The translations under genes and the position numbers were made by a program. Source: Eledone cirrhosa (Eukaryota). From it: a stretch of DNA of 64,000 nt. The DNA lies in contig OZ024742.1 of assembly GCA_964016885.1 (NCBI GenBank), positions 3,658,001-3,722,000 on the forward strand, read 5' to 3'. Under the pieces are notes generated by a model. It did no database searches and was not told the DNA's origin. It saw only the letters and a program-made list of their open reading frames with translations. This document shows, piece by piece, positions 55,750 to 64,000 of this stretch (positions are counted from its first letter, which is position 1; each line of letters begins with the position of its first letter).

Positions 55750-55985
55750 ATTTTGAGTTTATGCTGGTTGTATACCAACACCTCAGTATGCAAGCTGGAG
55801 CACTCGACGAAGTGCGCAGGTTGGTTTGGTTACTCCGGAGTAGTGTAAAATAAAGTTAAATAAAAGACAAATGATTAAAATTTAGCTTCGTTTATTACTG
55901 CTATATATATTTCAGTGACAGCTGAAATATATATAACAGTAATAAACGAAGCTAAATTTTAATCATTTGACTTTTATTTAACCAT
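55750..55985 (-). mobile_element. Short fold-back PLE terminus with HHR 3' half only
   Basis: Palindrome centred at ~55918; GAAA-TATATA-TA; TACTCCGGAG..GTCGAGTGC motif. Confidence 0.6.
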
Positions 55986-58633
55986 ATATATATATATATA
56001 TATCTGTATGTAATTGACGGACGAAAGAGAAGAGTACTTAATACCGAAGTAGAGTTTAAGTATTCATTTGTTATGGTTAAGTAGTGAGCCTTGTTGTTCT
56101 AGAGCTTCACCTGCGCACACACAGGATCAGACAAGACATGTAACAAGTTTTACTACTTAGCCATAATAAATATGAATTGACACAGTCGTTAAAACAAGAG
56201 AAAATGAATTAAGTATTTACTCTGGCTCTCTGCACACTTAGTTCAAATCCTACTTTGGTCACTAAATTAATGGTATCAATATAGGGTGGTTTGGTGAGGA
56301 AATTGGTAGAGCGTTGAAAGATACCTTCAGCAATTTCTTCTACCTCTTTTCCTTCCGAGGTCAAATCACTGTGGGGCTTACGTTTTAGCAGACATATCAA
56401 ACCATCTGGTTCCATATCCCCTCCTGGCTCTTATGGTTCTTTAACTGAATCTGCTATGTTGCCAACATTTGCACAAGATCCTCCATTTGATAGCAGGTAA
56501 TTCTTTCTCTTCCACGTGATTCAGAGGCCCAGAAAAATATCTGAGTTTCTGCTACCTCCATTCCCTAACAAAGCAGTAAACCAGTCTGTAAAAAAATCAG
56601 GAATCAATACAGGATTATATATATTTTTTTGTTTTAAAGATTTTCAGAACGTATATCGTAACGTATATTGTAATAAAGTATTATTGATTTTTGTGAAATC
56701 GATATATATATTTCTTAAGAATCACAATGTTTATCTTAATATACGTATATCTGGGATGGTGACTTTATCAACATGTGGAAGAAACCAATTTATGAAAACA
56801 TTTAATTTACTTGGTGCAATGTATTTATTTCCAGGGAGAGACAAATTATCTATTGTTTCCGAACATATTCTTCATTCAGTATTTATATGAAAGAAAATAG
56901 TTCAGAAAGCTTAGAATTACAGGGCCTTCCCCGATTTCACGATGAACTTTCTAATTGTTCAATCAAATATATAACCCGCTCATGAAATCAACGTCAGATG
57001 TTCCGATTCTCGTCTCATCAGAAGAGAAGTGTATAACGAAGTTTATATGAGATAACCATTATTCTTTTAAAGTTTACGAAGTTATAGTGTGAATATAATT
57101 TCATAATAGATATCACCCATGTCGCCATACGTGTGCGCTATACTTTTTATCTCTCACTTTATAAAACATTATATATACTGTTTTATTCATTGGCAAACAA
57201 TCGCTGCTATCAATTTCCCCGGAGATATATTTTGAAAATATTAATGACATATGAATTGAAGCATTTTCTCATGAATCTATTACAGTGTTATTGTTGTTGT
57301 TATTGTTGTTGTTATTGTTGCTGTTGTAAAATAAAGCACTACTTTACAACAGATTGCATGAAACTTATTATATCGAATATATAGTTTCCTCTGGGCATTA
57401 ATCTATTTAAAATGGATGATGGATGGCACAGGAATTAAATTAAACAGCTCTACAACTTAAGTGTTTTGAAATAAGTACAGTACGGATATTCACTACTCCT
57501 CTCCAAATTATATTTATATATACCCCCTTCTCACTCTCAAATATATATATATATTTATATATATATATATATATATATACTCACATGCCATCTCTCTCTA
57601 CTTAATTTTTCATGAGTTTTGAAAACACTAGTGGTAGACAGATTTCGAAAAATTCACGTACATTAATATCGAATAATTTTAATACTTGAAGCCATCAGGA
57701 AATGGATCTATCTTTTTACAAACTTTTTCCCCTTCCTATTTATAAGTTTTATTATAGAAATCAATAGAAATTCCTTCGACATTCTTTACCATTTGACTGC
57801 ATTGGCATTTTGCACAAATCAGAGTGGTTCAAAATGTCAAATCAGGTGTTATACAAAACATCCTCGGGGAAATTACATTTTTGACCACGGTATATAACAT
57901 CGTTGGAGGTCCAAAAAAATAGTTAAATATTCAATTGTTTGTAATATCAGGAAACAAAAGAATGGCGCTTGAATAGAACTAAATTTAAAACGAAAAAAAA
58001 ATTACTTTTAGTTGAAGCTATTCAGTAAAACCACTTACAATGAAATGGATTCATCGAATTTATTAAATCCACAAGTTAATAAACTATGGTAAATAAATTA
58101 TGAACGAAGAAAATTTTTTTCTTAAATGTGAAGAGCCATATGTAATTTCTCACACTTCCAACCATTGATTTAAACCATGTTGTTGTGTTTTCATAGACGA
58201 AAATTGCTTTGTGCAATATACAAAAGATTGTAAGATTTAATTAAATTCTAATAATGATATATTTCAAGAATTGTACAGATATAACATTTGAGTTATATCT
58301 CATCTTGCTAAACGTGAATGTTGTTACTTCTCACAGATATGCAAGTTTCAACAGACTTCTATGAGGTTAAATTTCAATAGAGCTTTCTTATGTGTTTTAC
58401 CGATAGTCGTATCATGTCGTCATTTTTCCGTTAACAAGTGATGTGGGATTCGAACTCAGAACAGACAGAACAAACGGATGCAACATTGCATCTCGAGCAA
58501 TTCCGAACTAAACCGTTGCATTATTATCAAATCCGTAAGAATATAGACTGCGGTGAGATTTGAATTCAGAGACATTTAACCTGGCTCTCTAACGACTCTG
58601 CCAATTATCTGCATTAACAGAGTACATGATGTT

Positions 58634-58870
58634 AAGGCGAGTGGCTTAGTGGTTAGGGTGTTCGGGTTAGGATCATAAGGTGATGTGTTTGGTTCTCGAA
58701 GGTGCGTAAAATTAGTGTGAGTTGAACTAGCCCACCCAACTGGGGTACACATCTGTAATTCACGGTGTCAATCTGAGTCTCCCTGAGAATTAAGTGATGG
58801 ACACACGTGTCGGTGGAATGAACAATCATTTCGTCAGCAGGCAGTTTCGATGATCAACCAACTGCGACAC
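58634..58870 (+). mobile_element. Decayed tRNA-derived SINE
   Basis: AAGGCGAGTGGCTTAGTGGTTAGGG head similar to the 24901-25164 SINE. Confidence 0.55.
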
Positions 58871-59509
58871 ATATCAATGGTGTTGAGGGAGTTGACACAA
58901 CACAATGGCAATTGATATTTCAACCATTTCGCATGACATAAAAATCAATTAGTAATGAGTTGTTGATATTACTTCAAGCTGGTTATAATCTGTTTAATCC
59001 TGACAAAAGCCTGTCAATTACGTCATAGGAACAACTGTAAATCAAGCATTGATTTCAGGAGTGACAGATAGAGAAAAAGGAGAGATAGAAAAAGGGAGAG
59101 ATAGAGAAAGGGAGGGATTGAGAAAGGGAGAGATAGAGAAAGGAAGAGATAGAAAAAGGGAGAGATAGAGAAAGGGTGTGGGAAAAATAAAACAGATTGA
59201 TAAAGAGAGAGGAAGAAGCGGGCAGGCAGAAAATAGACAGGCAGGAAGGCAGACAGACAAACAGACAAGCAGGCAGGCATGCGGACAGACAAACAGACAT
59301 AAAATAAAGAGAATGAAAGAGAGAGAGATAGATAGATAGAGAGAGGGAGAGAGTGTGAGAGACGGTCAGACAGACGGACAGGCAGAGGTGTATACACCAA
59401 AAAATATTTAGCGCATTTCGTATTCAGTTATCTAAATCTCGTAAAAGCTGAATATATGTAAAACCTTTGACAATACTCCGCCTGAAGTGTGAAAACAGTT
59501 TTATATTTC

Positions 59510-59780
59510 ACTTTGAATATCTGCTGACCACGAGGAAGAGAAGAACTTTGAATTGGTTTCGTCATCAGACAAAATTGGACTGACTCTCTAAGACAATTCT
59601 CCAAGGAACAGTACAGGGGAAGAGAAGACGGAGTAGAGGGAGAAGGCGGTTGTCTGAGATCATAGCTGAGGGGACGAGGAAGTATTCTGCCACAACTCAA
59701 GCACTCAACCATGACAGATAGATTCAGTTGTTTCAGCATTCGACACTGCAATGACCCAACGACCCTGAAAGGTGTTAGTG
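59510..59780 (+). mobile_element. Decayed RTE LINE 3' fragment
   Basis: EYLLTTRKRRTLNWF.H....LSKTILQGTVQGKRRR matches the RTE C-terminal pattern. Confidence 0.7.
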
Positions 59781-60152
59781 GACCATGATGAACTTTGGTG
59801 GATATTTATAAATTTGGTGGATATTTCCAGTTACACAGAGTACTTTCAATGTTTATCTAGTAAGTGTTCAAATGAAAGTTGTTTTACCTATTCTCCTACT
59901 TGACAAAACAATGATTAATGGCTTCTACATATATGATGCAAGATAAAGCATTATTAATGCAGAGCTTCATACATTAAGTTCGCTGCAGTAAAATTATCCA
60001 CTCTATGCACCAATAGTCGTTTTGTTAAGTAATACGAATCAGAAGAGGAACACATTGGAAATATTCTACAAGTTTATCGATCATAATGTACTCGAACTTT
60101 AAAGGTTTTATCTATGGCTTACACTAATGACTGAAATGAATTACACACACAC

Positions 60153-60207
<55 letters not shown>

Positions 60208-60211
<4 letters not shown>

Positions 60212-60796
60212 ATGAGAAGAAAGAAGAATACTGCGTGGTTGCACATGGGTTACATATGATAAAAATAGTCCTTCGTCAGTGATTTTCCAACCATCATTGG
60301 TATTTCATCGCATTAAAAATCATATACCTCAGGTTGGTGCGAGCAATAACTAAAAAAAGTTACTGGGACCAGTAAATCGCGTAAAGCGCGGGGGACAAGT
60401 GAACAACATAGCAGGATAAAAGCAAACCAAATAAAGGAAAAAAACAATCAACATGGTTGTCCTGGTCAGCATAAGCTGGGTAGATTTCATGAGCGAAAGG
60501 TACAGACGTCCGACGTGAGTGAGATGTAAACAAGAAGAGACCCACTGTAAGCCAAACGGGAGGAAGTGAGAAGGGGATAAACAGAGAGTGGGTGAGTCGA
60601 AGTGCGAGGAAGCGGTCAGTCGAGAGAAAGTGTAACTGACAGAGGGGGCGAAAGAAGGTGAGAGAAACAGAGAGAACGGGGAAGCAGTAAGAGAGAAACA
60701 GACAAACGCAGCCGAGGTAAATATATATAGAAAACATGAGAAGAAAGAAGAATACTGCGTGGTTGCACATGGGTTACATATGATAAAAATAGTCCT

Positions 60797-60799
<3 letters not shown>
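60208..60799 (-). mobile_element. Non-coding 524-nt unit + ~68-bp terminal direct repeat carrying the permuted hammerhead (copy 3)
   Basis: 60208-60275 repeats at 60732-60799; (AT)n on both sides. Confidence 0.85.
60266..60371 (-). ncRNA. Non-circularly permuted hammerhead ribozyme candidate (copy 3)
   Basis: UGGUCC-CAGUAACU..AGUUAUUG-C-UCGCA-CCAAC-CUGA-GGUA-UA-UGAUUUU-UAA-UGCGA-U-GAAA-UACC-AAU-GAUG-GUUGG-AAAAUCA-CUGACGA-A-GGACUA. Confidence 0.8.
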
Positions 60800-60869
<70 letters not shown>

Positions 60870-60874
<5 letters not shown>

Positions 60875-61740
60875 TATGTATACGTACATACATATATGTA
60901 TACAGACGTACAGTAGTATGTATATATATACATACATGCACACATATATATATATATGTACGTATGGATTCACCGAACATTTATTATAATGCTCGGTGTG
61001 TTTGTAAACAAACATCCCGAATTAAGCATTACAGTGTCTAGCAACCATCGTTGCTCATTTGTTCAACACTGACAAAGGAACGCTGTACTAGTTTCAAGCT
61101 TATTAGCTATCGTCAGCAACGTATACCTTCCTGCCAGATGGTTGAACCTCTGAAGGTATATAATCTCCTCATGCATATTAACGGCTGAGCAGCCTAATTT
61201 AAATATCTAGTGAGTTAATCGGCCGGGGTACCGAAAACGATAAACGGAAAAAATGAAACGAAATTTCATTTCTCACCCTTAGTACGGCTGTTACTTAAAT
61301 ATAAGTATGTATACGTACATACATATATGTATACAGACGTACAGTAGTATGTATATATATATACATACATGCACACATATATATATGTACGTATGGATTC
61401 ACCGAAATTTCGTTTCATTTTTTCCGTTTATCGTTTTCGGTACCCCGGCCGATTAACTCACTCGATATGCAAATTAGGCTGCTCAGCCGTTAATATGCAT
61501 AGGGAAAGTATATACTTTCAGATGTTCAACCATCTGGCAGGAAGGTATACGTTGCTCACGATAGCTAATAAGCTTGAAACTAGTACAGCGTTCCTTTGTC
61601 AGTGTTGAACAAATGAGCAACGATGGTTGCTAGACACTGTGCGGCTTAATTCGGGTTGTTTGTTTACAAAACACCGAGCATTATAATAAATGTTCTGTAA
61701 ATCCATACGTACATATATATATGTGTGCATGTATGTATAT
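60870..61740 (-). mobile_element. 420-nt retrozyme-like family: tandem plus inverted copy
   Basis: HHR at 61080-61122 (-) intact; 61549-61591 (+) has CUCACGA. Confidence 0.8.
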
Positions 61741-61746
61741 ATATAT

Positions 61747-62522
61747 GGTGGCTGCCAACTCGTTTTCGAGTACGGCCACTACTTTATATCCATATAGGAG
61801 AACCCCTACCGATGCGCTGAACGAGTGACTTTTTAGTCCAGCCAGCGACTTGAAAACTCTGGTACAAACACTACACTTGTGACAAATATTGACACATAGT
61901 GCTGGGCCCATGGTACCCTGTGACGACAAGTGCAGAGAGATCTCCAGATATAAAGCAATGCCTGTGCCGTGAAGCTTTTATAGTGAGCAAAGGCACTGCA
62001 CAAAGCCAGTCCCACTCTCTTAACCAAGATGATATTTACCAAAAAGAAGAACAAGTCAACATCATTGGATACCATCAGGGTTGCAGGTGTTATATCAGAG
62101 TTTTCCATCTCCTAGAATTCTGCCTTGACAAAGGCTAAGGGGTCATCTCTCCCGGTGATTTTGGATGGCCATTGACTCTTAAGAGCTCCTTTGCCCTTTG
62201 ACAGGTTATATATATATACATACTACTGTACGTCACTTGTGACAATTGTGACAATTATTGACATATAGTGCTGGGCCCATAGTACCATGTGACGACAAGT
62301 GCAGAGAGATCTCTAGATATAAAGCAATGCCTGTGCCGTGAAGCTTTTATAGTGAGCAAAGGCACTGCACAAAGCCAGTCCCACTCTCTGAAACCAAGAT
62401 GATATTTACCAAAAAGAAGAACAAGTCAACATCATTGGATACCATCAAGGTTGCAGGTGTTATATCAGAGTTTTCCTTCTCCTAGAATTCTGCCTTGACA
62501 AAGGCTAAGGGGTCATCTCTCC

Positions 62523-62525
<3 letters not shown>
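61747..62525 (-). mobile_element. Two adjacent copies (full and partial) of the bipartite RTE-derived element
   Basis: Reverse complement of 24328-24783. Confidence 0.7.
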
Positions 62526-62594
<69 letters not shown>

Positions 62595-62596
62595 CA

Positions 62597-62630
<34 letters not shown>

Positions 62631-62634
62631 CATA

Positions 62635-63615
<981 letters not shown>

Positions 63616-63632
63616 TATATATATATATATAC

Positions 63633-64000
<368 letters not shown>

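Noticed and set aside
56382-56585. Possible minus-strand exon with strong splice sites
   Set aside because: Stops in all three frames; it could be a UTR or lncRNA exon but cannot be supported from sequence alone.
60287-60337. SECIS or box C/D snoRNA reading of the AUGA/GA motif
   Set aside because: Strand polarity is opposite to SECIS, there is no upstream UGA ORF, and the enclosed sequence is explained by hammerhead strands.

Overview
AT-rich, microsatellite-dense eukaryotic DNA, most likely intronic or intergenic sequence from an octopus-like mollusc (inferred from the tRNA-SINE family and repeat content). I can support no host protein-coding gene. The window is dominated by Penelope-like retroelements (PLEs) and their short non-coding derivatives, almost all inserted in (AT)n tracts. 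These include a very young Naiad-type PLE at 7553-17513 (inverted, tandem and full-length copies, one intact 773-aa RT+GIY-YIG ORF), a second 5'-inverted Naiad at 18080-22450, a decayed large PLE with an Asn-rich insert at 45451-50554, and smaller RT/GIY-YIG fragments. RTE LINE remnants, tRNA-SINEs and mini/microsatellites are also present. By eye I find about 26 hammerhead ribozyme (HHR) motifs with intact cores plus several decayed ones, from roughly a dozen families, many in 320-690-nt retrozyme-like units. The main discovery candidate is a non-coding element family (three diverged copies near 32.7, 39.6 and 60.3 kb, minus strand). It carries a hammerhead whose three core strands are in a non-circularly permuted order (UH strand, then GAAA strand, then CUGANGA strand), with a kink-turn extending stem III and a multi-helix stem II, supported by compensatory changes among the copies. 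Three unrelated families also use the U3-A8 core variant (UUGAUAA). All RNA structures are manual predictions and are untested.
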